From: the human T2T-CHM13v2.0 reference genome, Homo sapiens
Reading direction: 5' to 3' (one strand)
DNA length: 64,000 nucleotides
Assembly (NCBI RefSeq): GCF_009914755.1
Contig: NC_060947.1
The position numbers were made by a program, and so were the translations under genes. Shown in pieces: positions 40,911-53,011 of the stretch. The notes below the pieces were generated by a model. That model was not told where the DNA came from. It was given only the letters and a program-made list of their open reading frames with translations, and ran no database searches. The first letter of the stretch is position 1; every line of letters begins with the position of its first letter.

Positions 40911-41789
40911 CCACCCTCAGACATGTCCCCTGCTCTAGTCACACCCGGTTGACCGGACCAAGGATTTCTAAGAGCTCACGACGTAGCAGAGGTCAAGATT
41001 TAAACAAATAATTAGACAATAATGCCAAAAAGGTTTTAGTAGAGGTAGGATCCAATTGCTGAGGAGTACAGGCGAGGTAGCTGTCAGTTTCCTCTGGTGT
41101 CTTCAACGAAAGTCACAGGAAACAGGCAGCCTTTGAACCTGGTCTTGAGCGATGATCAGGGTTTCTTCAGGCATTTCTAAGGTGCCGAGTATTGCTTGAA
41201 ATCTGCTTTTTTTTGTTTTAATATTGCAAGCATACTGCCTTTAATTGTGTTTCTATTGCTAATTTACCTAATCTTTGAAGAAAAGTTTGGTGTTACAGGT
41301 AACTTCTAAATTATCGTCAGCTCCCAATTAGAGAAAATGAAATAAATGAGGCTTTTTTGCAGTGCAAATGTAATTGAGGAGGACAAAGGTCACCCAGGAC
41401 GTGAACAGATTGCCAGAAGGAAACCTACTTATCTGGTCTTCTTTGCTTTCATTTTGCCTTGTTTCAGGTCACAATGACAATAATAGTGTTTTTTCTTTTC
41501 TCATTGTATGTGTAGTGGGTTTCTAATGTGGTTATTTCCGCTGGATTCATTTTCACTCCTAGCTCTGCCATCCCCTTCCTCTGAGGCACACCCTTCTCCG
41601 GGAAGTCAGTTTCTTCATCTAAACAGTGAAGAAGACTAGCCGAATCTATGGTGTTCACCGTGTGCCTCATAGATCCTGCTACAGGAAGCCCAGACAAACC
41701 CCTTTTGCACCTTAGTTTCAGTTAGAGAATCTGTTTTCTCTACTGTGTTCACTCATGCTTCCTCTGGGGATGATTATGACTTGTTAGGT

Positions 41790-42168
41790 TTTTAACTTTA
41801 ATTGTGGTATAAAGTGTATAAAGTCTATAGATGTTATATGTATACTCAATGATATTTCATAAAATTAACACACTCCTGTAGCCACTACCAAGATCAAGAG
41901 ACAGAACATTTTGATTGCCTTAGAAGCTTCCTCAAGCCTCTTCTGGGTCAAACTCCAGTGCCACCCACCCCCCTACAACCCGCTGCCCCTGAGGTAGCCA
42001 CTATTCCAACTTGAATCACCATAATTTTGTAAGGATTATTGTTGAATTGAATATAAATGGAATGAATCATCATGCATTCATTTGCATCTGACTTCCTTTG
42101 CTCAACATAGTATCTGCAAGATTCAAATAAGTCACTTCCTATAGAAGTAATTCATTCTTTTTCATTGG
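41790..42168 (-). mobile_element. L1ME-type 3' end
   Basis: TTTAATTGTGGTATAA..GTAGCCACTACCAAGATCAAGA.AGAACATT..GGTAGCCACTATTC..ATATAAATGGAA..TCTGACTTCCTTTGCTCAACATA. Confidence 0.75.
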
Positions 42169-42171
42169 TGA

Positions 42172-42460
42172 GTTTATTGCTCACGGTTCTGGAGGCTAGG
42201 AAGTTTATGATCATAGCACCAGTGGATTCGGTGTCTGGTTCGTTCTTCATAGATGATGATGTCTGTGTGTCCTCAAACGGAGGAAGAGACAGACAGGTGC
42301 CCCTAAGCCTCTTTGATAAAGGCACTCGTCCCATTCAGGAGGGTAGAGCCCTCAGGACCTAACTACCTCCTAAAGGCTCCTGCTGTTAGTACTATTACAT
42401 TGAAGATTAGGTTCCAACATATGAGTTTTGGAGGGACTCAAAATCTTCAGATCATAGCAG
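42172..42460 (-). mobile_element. MLT1A0-like LTR, 3' end missing
   Basis: TTTATTGCTCACGGTTCTGGAGGCTAGGAAGT..GATTCGGTGTCTGG..GAGCCCTCA..CAACATATGAGTTTTGG..TCAGATCATAGCA. Confidence 0.82.
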
Positions 42461-42798
42461 CAGGTAAACCAGGAATTCCAGAGTGCCCTGTGAGGGGATA
42501 TTTGGGGATATAAGGAAATGAAAGTATCCTCTAGGAAACTGAGATCAAGATAAAGAGGCAGCCACAGGTGGAGATGTTGAAGAGGGGACAATTTGCTGTA
42601 ACTCTGGGCTCCAACAGTGGATACCAGTACATTCATGCCTAAGACCACACTTCAGAGGCCACCCACAATTCTAGGTTGCAAACCATTCTAGCCACTCGGC
42701 ATCAGAGACCAGCAAAGTTGTAGACAGCAACTCACTTCCTTCTGTGATTCTCTAAGATCACTTATGCTATACCTCTCCATTTATTCCATCTAGATTCT

Positions 42799-43172
42799 TG
42801 CTATGCTCTGAATGTTTGGGTTCCCCTGACAAGTAAATTCATCTGTTGAAACTAATCCCCAGTGTGATGGTATTAAGAAGTGAGGCCTTTGGGAGGTGAC
42901 TAGGTATCATGAGGGTGGAGCCCTCATGAAAAGGACTAGTGTCCTCATAAAAGAAGCCTGAGTTAGCTTGTTTGACCCTTATACCATGCGAGGATTCAGA
43001 AAGAAGGCATCATTTATGAGGAACAGGCCCTCCCTCGCCAGACCCTGAATCTGCTGGTGCCTTGATTTTAGACTTCACAGCCTCCAGAACTTGGAGAAAT
43101 AAATCTTTGTTGTTGTTTATAAGCCACCGAGTCTATGGTATTTTGTTATTGCAGCCTGAATGGACTAAGACG
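42799..43172 (+). mobile_element. MLT1A0-like solo LTR, complete
   Basis: TGCTATGCTCTGAATGTT..GGCCTTTGGGAGGTG..GGAGCCCTCATGAA..CAGCCTCCAGAACT..AATAAA..GCAGCCTGAATGGACTAAGAC. Confidence 0.88.
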
Positions 43173-43174
43173 GT

Positions 43175-44252
43175 GCCTGTTAAGTCCATTTGTTCTAGGG
43201 TGTACTTTAAGTCCATTGTTTCTTTGTTGACTTTCTGTCTTGATGATCTGTCTAGTGCTGTCAATATTGAAATGCCCTACTGTGATTTTGTTGCTTTCTA
43301 TCTTATTTCTTAGGTCTAGTAGTAATTGTGGTACAAAGGTGTACAAATCTGGGATCTCCAGTGTTAGGTGCATATAAATTTAGGATTATAATATCTTCTT
43401 GTTGGACAGATCCTTTTACCTTATATGTGCTTTTTGTCTTTTACAAATATTATTGCTTTAAAGTATGACATTTCCTAGGGAAGTTGCTTTGTGAAACAGC
43501 CTGGCCAATTAATGCACTTATGTATAAATTGGCAGAAAAGAAGTCTATATCTTTAAATTGGACTGGAATTCCAAAGTTAATGTGGCCCACATCCTTGAGC
43601 TTAAACTTGTCTAGCTCCCAGTCATAAGGGAAAGGCTTTCAGTTTTTTTTTTCCTGTTCACTGTGATACTGGCTATAACTCTGTCATATATGGCTTTTAT
43701 TATGTTGAGGTATGTTCTTCTTCTATACCCAGTTATTTGAAAATTTTTGTCACGAAGGGATGTCTACTTATTTTTAACACTTGTAGATGGGAAATCTGAT
43801 GTCCTTACAAGTAAAGTGACATGTTCAAGATGAAACAGTCAATTAATGTTTGCAGCCAGGACCTAAAATCAGGGGCAATCCAATTTAAATTATGGAATGG
43901 TCTCAGATTACTAGATTGAGTTTAATCTAGCTTCTCCACCCAGTCAGCATGTGGAGGTGGTAAGGCCTCATTAGGGAGATCAGAGCAGTTTCAGGGAAAT
44001 AAAGTATGTATTTTTCTGACATAAGAATAGCTACACCTGCTCACTTTTTGTTTCCATTTGTGTCACATATCTTTTTCCAGTCCTTTACCTTAAATTTATA
44101 TGGATCTTATGTGTTAGATGAGTATGGAAGACAGCAGATATTTAGTTTGTGGTTTTTTATCCATTCTGCCACTTTGCATCTTTTAAGTGGAGCACTTAGG
44201 CTGTTTACAGTCAATGTTAATATGAGATGTGGGGTGCTGTTCTATTTATCAT
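43175..44252 (-). pseudogene. Decayed L1 ORF2 endonuclease domain, split by a ~530-bp insertion
   Basis: Start region ATGATAAATAGAACAGCACCCCACATCTCA..GCTCCACTTAAAAGA on the minus strand. [21 protein letters not shown] is a degenerate 'IIVGDFN' APE motif. Confidence 0.8.
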
Positions 44253-44332
44253 GTTAGTTGTTACCTAAGTACTTTTTTCCCCATGCGTTATTGTTTTATA
44301 GGCCTTGTGAATTTTATGCTTTAAGGAGATTC

Positions 44333-45300
44333 TATTTTGGTGTGTATCGAGGTTTTGTTTGAAGATTTAGAACTCCTTTTAACCTTTCTTATAGTGGTGG
44401 TTTGGTAGTGGCAAATTCCCTCAGAATTTGTTTGCCTGAAGAAGATTTTATCTCTCCTTCATGTATGAAGGTTAGTTTTTCTGGATACAAAATTCTTGGC
44501 TGACATTTATTCTATTTAAGGAGTCTAAAGAGGACCACAGTTCCTTCTGTCTTGTAAGGTATCTGCTGAGAAGTCTTCTGTTAGTCTGATAGGTTTTCCT
44601 TTATAGGTTACTTGATGCTTTTGACTCACAGCTCTTAGAATTCTTTCTTTCATCTTGACTTTACATAGCCAGATGACTCCTTGCCTTGGTGATAACCTTT
44701 TTGCATTGAATTTCCCAGAATTTCTTTGAGCTTCTTGTATCTGGAAATCTAAATCTCCAGCAAGGCCGGGGAACTTTTCCTCAATTATTTTCTCAAATAA
44801 GTTTTCCAAACTTTTAGCCTTCTCTTCTCCCTTAAGAACAGCAAGTATTTTTAGGTTTGGCCATCTTACATAATCCCATATTTCCTAGAGACTTTGTTCA
44901 TTTCTTTTGATTCTTTGTTCTTTATCTTTGTCTGATTGGGTTAATTCAGAAGCCTTGTCTTCAAGCTCTAAAATTCTTTCTTCTACTTGTTTGAGTCTAT
45001 TGAAACTTTCCACTGCATTTTGTATTTCCCTAAATGTGTGTTTATAGGAGTTGTGATTGTTTTTTCTTTATGATATCTATCTCTCTGGAAAATTTTTCAT
45101 TCATATCCTCACTTGCTCTTTTTAAATTTATTTATGTTGGTTTTCTCCTTTCTATGATATCTCTTTGAGTAGCTTAATAGTCAACCTTCTGAATTCTTTA
45201 TTTGGTATTTCAAAGATATCCTCTTGGTTTGGATACATTGCTAGGGAACTAGTATGATCTTTTGGGGGTGTCATAGAACCTTGTTTTGTCATATTACCAG
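44333..45300 (-). pseudogene. Decayed L1 ORF1p (RNA-binding protein)
   Basis: ORF 44525-44809 ENLFEKIIEEKFPGLAGDLDFQIQEAQR..KERILRAV..KHQVTYKGKPIRLTEDFSADTLQ matches the L1 ORF1p RRM/CTD. Stops and frameshifts elsewhere; outer limits approximate. Confidence 0.88.
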
Positions 45301-48300
45301 AATTACTTTTCTGATTTCTCCTCATTTGGATAGACTATTTCTTCAAATTGGTCTTGAATTTATTTTTGATTTGACTGTGTTTTTAAAAATATTTTTCCTT
45401 CTTATGGATGTGACTTTAATGTTTATAGTTTATTACTGCCTAATTTGATTTTTGGTGCTTTTAGAGGTGAAGACTCTGTATGAGTTCCTTGTTTATAGCA
45501 AGTCTTTGTGTGCTGGCTTTCTTAGATGCTGATGTGGTAGTTATATACTTGATGTGTGGGCAAGTGCACTGCCTCCTATCTGATTGGAATGTCAAGGATC
45601 ATTGAAACATATCTCATTCGCCTATGTTGTGCACTTCTTTATTTAATTGTTTGCTAATATTTTTTTACTGAGTTGATGGCTCAGGCTTCAGACCAGTAGG
45701 GGAGGTATCCCTGGGTAGGCACCAGTTGTAGTAAAAGCAGGTGGGTAGATACAATACCCAATGGTGGGCACAAGTCTCAGCCTTGAAGAACGTGCCTGGG
45801 GGAACTGTCAGTTAGATGCACTGAGGTGTCATCAGGGTGAAGGGTGGGAGCTACCTCAGCCCCCATGCCTGGCCAGCAGGAAAGGTATCCACCTCCCAGC
45901 CTCACTCTTGTCCCAGTGTTCTGTTTATTCAGATCAGACAGGCACCTCTTTTCATCTGAAAAAAGGTTGATCTTCTGAGTAGAGAGGAATTGTGATTCTA
46001 CCTCTCATGCAAGCATGAACCTGGGCAGGCCTCCTTTTATGGGGATGCAATCACCCTAAATTGTTCCAGGAAAGTTGTCTATAGGTGTATTCATGCTGAG
46101 CTCCCATGGGAAAAGCCCCAGTTGTGTCTGCAGTGATGGACAAGAAGGGAAAAAGGACCCCTTCTCCAAGACCATTCATGAGCACAAAGGCTGCCTGACG
46201 GGTGGGGTAGAGGTGCGGACTGCGTGCTGCACCCAATACTACAATTGTGTCTCTGCTGTAAGAAACTTCCCACCAGTGGAAAGATCTAGGACTCAATGCC
46301 TGCTGTCCAGATTCTTTTCTTCCATGGTTTGTTCCCTTGATGTTGTGTTCTTTCCCTTCTCCTAGAAGTAGGAGTTTCTGAGAACCAGACTGCACTGATT
46401 GCTATTGCTCTTCTGGGTCTAGCCATAAAATGGGGCTGCCACAACCTGGGCTGGTGCTGGGAAATGTCTGCAAGGGATCCTGTGTTGTGACCTGTCTTCA
46501 GGTTTCCCAGCAGTGAGTACCTGCATAGCTGTCATGACTGATGTAGACTTTGTGAGAATCCTCGGTTGTAGATAAGCTTAGTGTCCTGGCTTTTTTGAAT
46601 GCTGGTTATAATTGTAGTGAACTTGTCACACGGGCAGATTCAGGACCATGGTTTACCAGGATGTTGCAAGCAGTGGTGATAGCTGAGGTCACGCAGCCAT
46701 TTTCTTTTTCCTGAGTGCAGTGTTACTCTACTTAGAGATCTGTAATGAACTATGTCGGTTGGCCTGCAGCCAGAAGGTGGTGCTTGCAAAAGAGTACCAG
46801 CTGTGGTAGTATTAATAGCAGTGGGATTCGAGCTTGCCCTAAGTTGCCCAGGGGGAGTATTCTGGTTTCTCTGACAATGGGCTGTGCTATAAAGCTCCCA
46901 GGTTTCTGACCTTTGTGTTAAGCTACTAGGGAAGGTAGAGGGACATAGCCAGGTGGGGCAGGGTAAGGTGGGTCTGCACCCTGACTCTTGTTGAGAGGGG
47001 CAAGCTGTGGACCCTGTGAGGGTCAGGAGTGGTTTTCAGGCTGCTGAGGTCATGTTCTGGAGGACAGTATAACTGCCTCTGCTGCATAGGAGTTTGCACA
47101 GGGAATGGGAAGTAGCAAGTGGCAATGAGCCTCACCCAGCTCCCATGCAGTTGGCAGGACAGATAGCACTCCTGCATTGCTCTGCTAACAGCACTGGATT
47201 AAGATCCAGGCAGTCTGCACATAGAATTCAGACCTGCCCCATGCCATAAGCTTTCCCAGCATAGACAACAGCTACTACTTTCAGGCCATGGCCTTCCCCA
47301 TCTGCCTGCAAGGCCACAAGGCCGGGTGCCCAGCTCCTGTGCATGTGTCTGCAGCACACTTCCCACCTGCACCCCCTTCCCTCCCTCCACCCCAGTTCTG
47401 GTCAATGGAGTTTATCTCCACTTGAAGTTATATCACAAAATTCAGTTGGGAGCTTCTTTTACCCTATGACCCCTGCCTGAGCTAGTTGGCTGACTTCCCC
47501 AAGGTCCCCTGTGAGATATAATAAGAAATGACTTCGCTTGGTCCACCCTGGTGACTGAGAATGCCTGCAAGGCACTTCCCACTGCTGCTTCTACTGTTAT
47601 ATTTTTCGCTGTTCCCTAAATCAGTTCCAGCTCTGGGTAGGGTTAAGGCCTTCTCCCATGGTCTGGATTTTCAGATTCAGTGGGGATGTGTGTTCTGGAG
47701 GCAGACTCTCCCCCTCTTATACTCTGAGGACTTACAGTTTTTTGCCTGTCTCACAGAGTAAGCTGCAGGCTGCCACTTCTTTCAAAGGGTCTGTGGATTC
47801 TTTCAGTTTTCCTGTTAAGTTCCTGTGTGACTTCTTGGAAAAAGGTTCACAGTGTGAATCTCTACACAGTATCCTGTCTTTCCAAGTTGGAGAGGCATGC
47901 CAATACTGCTTCCAATCCACCATCTTGAAAAAAAATACTTGGGTGATTTTTAATTACTCATAATTTAGACAATAAAGGATATCTTCTTGAACTTTAGAAA
48001 AGGAAAGTCAATCAGAATAGGAGCTAGAAAGTATAGCCAAACTATACATTCTCAGAAACTAGTGTCTAATAACATCAGTGTAGGGTACCCAGAACTACTT
48101 CTTGCAGAATCTTTTGAAGTCCAGAGTCCAAGCTATATCCCAAGAGAAAATGATGGCATGTCTCAGCTTCATATTTTCTTTTTACATGACTGAAATACTG
48201 TAAACACTGGTCTCATTTGGGGAAAAATCTTTCTGTTTATCTCAATCCTCATCACACAGAAGTTCTATCAACAAGTATAGGTGGGCTCTGGCAATATTTC

Positions 48301-49194
48301 TTATCTTGAAAAAATACAGAACCATCCATTTTGGAAGCTTATTCTTAACTCTCCTATGCATTCTCAGCTTGAGTTTATTTTAATTTTTTACCATGTACTA
48401 GATTTTTTTATGTTTAAAATATATGAAATGTAGCTGTAAGCAGAGTTACAAATCCTAAGTGAATTGAATTACCATTATTTTAAGAAACTTTAAGTTGCTA
48501 GTCCATTACTCTGATTTTCTAGATAAGACAAGTATAGGAAAATTATTTGCTTAGATTACAGAAGTAATTGGCAACAGGTTCTAGACTCTCATTTTAACAA
48601 TTTTGTAGCTCTAGAGCAGTCTGATGTTAGGAAATGGGAGGAAAAGGGCTCATTGCTAAATCTCTGCACTGTCATCTCCAGCTGGCCAGAACCGGAAATG
48701 GCATGGGCCACAGCAAATCTGAAAAGAGAGTGATTCGTTGAAAGTCTATGAATAGATGAATTAATCTCTTCATTCCCCTTTTGTACCTTTATATGGTTTG
48801 TGGCCGGGCATTTACCTCCAAGGAAGTATTTTGACAGAAACTTTCCTAAAACCTCGAAACTAATGGTGAAGGAAGAACTAAGGCGGGTAGTTTAGGGACT
48901 ATGTCTCCCCATAAAGCCCTCTTCGTTTTGGAATTAGGAACCAATTAGTTCTCTGATTACTCACCCTAAAACCTACCAGTCCCAAATCTACCCATATGCA
49001 AGCCCAGTCAACCCTGACATTTTCTCATTATGTTATTTAAATGAACAACTAAGATTTTCTGTATATTTGAAGAAAGCCTGTAGCATGGCCAAGAAAGGTA
49101 AAGATGAAAGCAGAACTTACTCAGAAAGAAACAGAGGGAATTTAGAGATCATGAAAGAGCCTAAAAAAGCAAGCTAATTAGCATCCTAGAGAAT

Positions 49195-50198
49195 ATGTTT
49201 TGAAAATATGTCCACAGAATTTTTGATACTCTTCCCATTAATTTCTCTCACTTTGAATGTGCCCTGGACTTAGTGAATTATCTCCAGTGAGCAAATAGAA
49301 TATGGCAGAAGTAATAGGATGTCCCTTGGAATATTAGGTTGTAAAAATACTAAGAGACTAGAGCTTCCATCTTGGGTTCTCTTTCTCTCTCCTTTCCTCC
49401 TTTTCCTCTCTTCTTCTTAATGCTTACTCCTCTAGGGGAAGCCAGCTGCCACGTCTTGAGGCATCCTTGGAAAGAAAAAAGCCAGCATCTATGTGTTGAG
49501 AAGGGCTCCATGTGGAGAGGACTGGGACTTGTCAGCAGTCACATGAGTGAGCTTGGAAGCACAGCTTCTGAATCTTGCCAATAATCGTGTGTGAGCTTGG
49601 AACTGATCTTCAGTGAGATGACTGCAGCTTTGGTGGACGTCTTAATTGCATTTTTGTGAGAGACCCTGAGCCAGAACCACCCAGCTAAGTGGCTCCTGGA
49701 TGTCTGGCACATGAACATTTGGAGATAATAAATGTTTGTTGTTTTAAACCAGTAAGTTTGGGGTATTAATATATATTTGTAGTGTTAAATCAAGTTTATC
49801 CTAAAGCTACCTCCTTACATATTTAAGTTCGGCCTAAAGGTTTTCCTGTACATCATGAACTATAATAAGTGGAGGTGTAAACCGACCATAGCCCACGCCT
49901 GTGCCAATGACTGAGTTTTGGCCAGTCAAACGTAGCCAACTGTTTGAACCATGTTTGAATAAGGCAAATGCCAAGCTGTAAACAATCCAGTTGTTTCTGT
50001 ACCTCACTTCCATTTCCTGTGCATCACTTTCCTTTTGCTGTCGGTTAAATCTTCTTCCACCATGTGGCTGGGCTGGAGTCTCTGTGAATCTGCTGTGATT
50101 CTGGGGGCTGTCCGATTGTGAATCATTCATTACTCAATTAAACTCCTTTAAATTTAATTTGGCTGAAGTTTTTCTCTTAACAGTAGAAAACAAATACA
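49195..50198 (+). mobile_element. MLT1F-like MaLR LTR, interrupted near its 3' end by MER57
   Basis: AATAGAATATGGCAGAAGT..GGGGAAGCCAGCTGCCA..GAGTGAGCTTGGAAGC..GAGAGACCCTGAGCCAGAACCACCCAGCTAAG..AATAAATGTTTG | GTAGAAAACAAATACA. Confidence 0.85.
49783..50182 (+). mobile_element. MER57-family ERV1 solo LTR
   Basis: TGTTAAATCAAGTTT..CCTAAAG..TTCGGCCTAAAGG..CTCAATTAAACTC..TTAACA. Ends TGTTAA/TTAACA and an exact 4-bp TSD GTAG (49779-49782 / 50183-50186). Confidence 0.88.
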
Positions 50199-50199
50199 G

Positions 50200-51900
50200 A
50201 GTGGTTCAAGATGAAATTGCATAATTACAAGAAAGGAGGATACTATGAACAATTAGGGAATACAAAAGAAGAACTCTTGGAAATTAGAAAATGGTTGTCA
50301 TGTTTCGAATTCAGTGGAAGGATTGGACACAGAGAAAATGTAAAAAGGTAAATTATGCAAGAAAGTATGAAGCTCAGAGGCTCAAATCAGGAGGTCTAGC
50401 ATCCAGCTAGTAGAAAAAGGATCTTTTTTAGAAACAGAGAACCGACAAAATAAAGAGGAAGAAGTGAGCTTAAAAACCAAACAAGAATCTCATAGCTGAA
50501 TGGAGAGATGAGTTTTAAAATTGCAAGGGCCTACGGAGTGCAAATCACAAAGAATGACAAAAAGACCCCTTGTGAATTTCAGAGGCTCCGATAACTTCCT
50601 TTGATCTCTGATAGGAAAAAACAAAAACAAGAACAAAAAACAGGCTATATATAAAGAAGGAGAACTGTATTTTTTTTTATATCCACAACACTGGATAGTA
50701 GAAATCAGGAGAATAATGCTTTGTGTATACTTTGTGAAAATTATTTCACCATAGGTTTCTATACCCGACCTGTTTTACCTGAAATTACCTGTAGTTTTGC
50801 CAGAAACCCTAAAATAACATTGACATGAATAAGTTCAAAATTTCTTTCTATGCACAAGCTCTGGTAAGCGTTCCAGGGCTGCTATGGCATTCAGCTCAGA
50901 GACCCAAGCTTAATTCTATCATGAAGATAGTGACATTCATGTTCCAGGCCCCATCTAAAGTATCGACACAGAAGAGTTTAAGTGGATCGCATGAGGTGTC
51001 TCTTATGGATAATTGTGGGAAGCTACCACGTTATACTGCTTCTCATATTTTATTGGCCACATATACTTACTTACAAGGGAAGCTGGGCAATGTCTTTATT
51101 CTGGACAGACCTGTGACCAGCTAAATATTTTATTACTATTGAAGAAGGGAGAATAGATACTAGGAGACTACTAATAGTCTCTACCATCCTAATCAAGGTT
51201 TTAATTAAGTGTGAGGGAAGAATATAGGCATTTTTCATATATGCATGGACTCAGAAAAATTGACTTCACCTGCTGTCTTTCTTAGGAAAATTATTTAGGG
51301 TTTTAAGCCATAAAATCAAGAAGGTAAGCAAAGAAAGGGAATGAGTACACAAAAACAATGCCTCTAATTCTTGAGAGGAATGAGTAGTAGTCCCAAGATT
51401 TGAGATGAGCAGTAGGCCTTCAGAGCAATCAGTCCAGACAGAATCAGGAAAATGGAGGGCTTTGGGAAGAAGGGCTTCATGGAAAATAAGGATTTCTCAG
51501 AATAGAGGGAGAAGATGCAAGAATTTGAGTATGTGAATAAGGCAAAAACAAAAATCAAAAAGACAAACAACAACAAACAACAACAACAACAACAAAACCA
51601 GAATAGAAATAGAAAACTCCAAACTTCAGAATAAAGAAGAGTTGTGTAAGAAGCATGTTCTGAATATAAAACAACCAATTCAGGAGATTAGAGGGATTCA
51701 AGAAAAAAAGATAAATAAATTCCAAACAATGGAAAGAATGAGTAAGAAATTGGAAAGCATCAGGGGTGTGGTGAAGAAGGTACTGTATGTAACTTCCTTT
51801 CCCAACGAGAAATAAGGAAAGGAAATCTCAAGGTCCCAAAACTATACAAACAAAAAATGTAAAGACATGTTATTCCAATATGAAACTAGCTAACCTATGA
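50200..51900 (+). mobile_element. HAL1 or ancient L1M ORF1-region relic (interrupted)
   Basis: A-rich ORF1-like sequence: GAACTCTTGGAAATTA..TCAGGAGGTCTAGCATCCAGCTA..AATTAAGTGTGAGGGAAGAATA..GGACTCAGAAAAAT..CTTTCTTAGGAA. Confidence 0.5.
50770..51185 (-). mobile_element. Old MLT1-type LTR
   Basis: ACATTCATGTTCCAGG..CTTCTCATATTTTATTGGCCA..CAAGGGAAGCTGGGCAATGT..GAAGAAGGGAGAATAGATA. Confidence 0.5.
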
Positions 51901-52514
51901 CATAATTTTGAATGTAAGAAAGGAAAACCTGTGTAAATGTTCTTTGTTTGTTTAAAAATGGACGTTTACTTTTTAATTTGTTAGAATTGATGAACTTGCA
52001 TATTATCATCACCCAAAGTCCATAGTTTATATTAGGGTTCACTTTTCTTATGACTAGTCGAGTATCACAATGGATAAGAGGTGGGAATCACAGAGAAGAA
52101 AATGGAATCATAGCTCGTGACTTGACTCTGCACCTTATGATATTGACTTATAATAACACAAATGCTTCTGATTTTTTAGTGTCATCCTTGTGTCAAAGCA
52201 CAGAAAAATGATGTTAACAAAATTGAATATCAATAGTATCAACCTGCATAATGGATAAATAAAATATAGTGGTTAGAAGTTGGCAGGTGGTAAGGGGAAG
52301 GAAGTGTGGAAGGAGACTTTCAAAGTTGGAAGTCAAGGGAATTTCTATCATTAATGAAAAAATGGAATTTTACATCCACAAATAATCAAATGATACAAAA
52401 CATTAAATGTTATGAATTAGATAATATCGGTCCCAAGTATCTGAAATATAAATGATATTATGATAAAAAATACATCAAGTTGTACCTTTTTATAGATCAG
52501 ATTTTGGGGAGTAT

Positions 52515-52880
52515 ATTGGTGGAGATATGGTCTTCTGGCTTTCCATTGGCAAAGTAATTGTGTGAACTTGAGCAGAAGAGTGCTGCTAACTTGAGTCTAA
52601 GTTCTGTTTCATTCTAAGATTCAGGCCTATCTTTTGTAATAATGAGCCTACTTCCATTTTTGATGTTTGGTTGCTGGTGAGTTTCAAATCCCAGTATGCC
52701 CCATTTCCCTCATAAGAAAGCCTGAGTGCTCCCTCTTTTGGTGCCAGAGAGAAGTTAAAACCACACAAGCTTAAGCCAGTCTCCTTTTCCTGTTTTCCCA
52801 AGCCATTTTCAGAACATCTTGGGCATCTACTCTGCTCTGTTTAAACTAGTGTGAGTAATAAACCTTTTCATACCCTCTTG

Positions 52881-52936
<56 letters not shown>

Positions 52937-53011
52937 CTTCCTCAGTCTCAACATTAAAGCCAAATTTTAGAGTGATGGGAGACCCATTTTGCTTCTAGAG
53001 GTGGCCGCAGC
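52515..53011 (+). mobile_element. LTR40-like ERVL LTR
   Basis: GTAATAAACCTTTTCATACCCTCTTGG(GT)n GGC..CAGTCTC.ACAT..CCAAATTTT..CCAT..GTGGCCGCAGCA resembles the LTR40 3' end. The 5' limit is approximate. Confidence 0.55.
52883..52934. repeat. (GT)26 microsatellite
   Basis: Perfect GT run read directly from the sequence. Confidence 0.98.

Larger units (their letters stand above)
43175..47927 (-). mobile_element. 5' half of an L1PB/L1MA-type LINE-1 (long 5'UTR, ORF1, start of ORF2); 3' half absent
   Basis: 5' end AAGATGGTGGATTGG near 47927 on the minus strand. ORF1p and endonuclease peptides are recognisable. Ends abruptly against the MLT1A0 LTR. Confidence 0.88.

Noticed and set aside
49540-49605. 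Duplicated GTGAGCTTGGAA segment in MLT1F
   Set aside because: As far as I recall, internal repeats of this kind are part of MLT1E/F consensus sequences.
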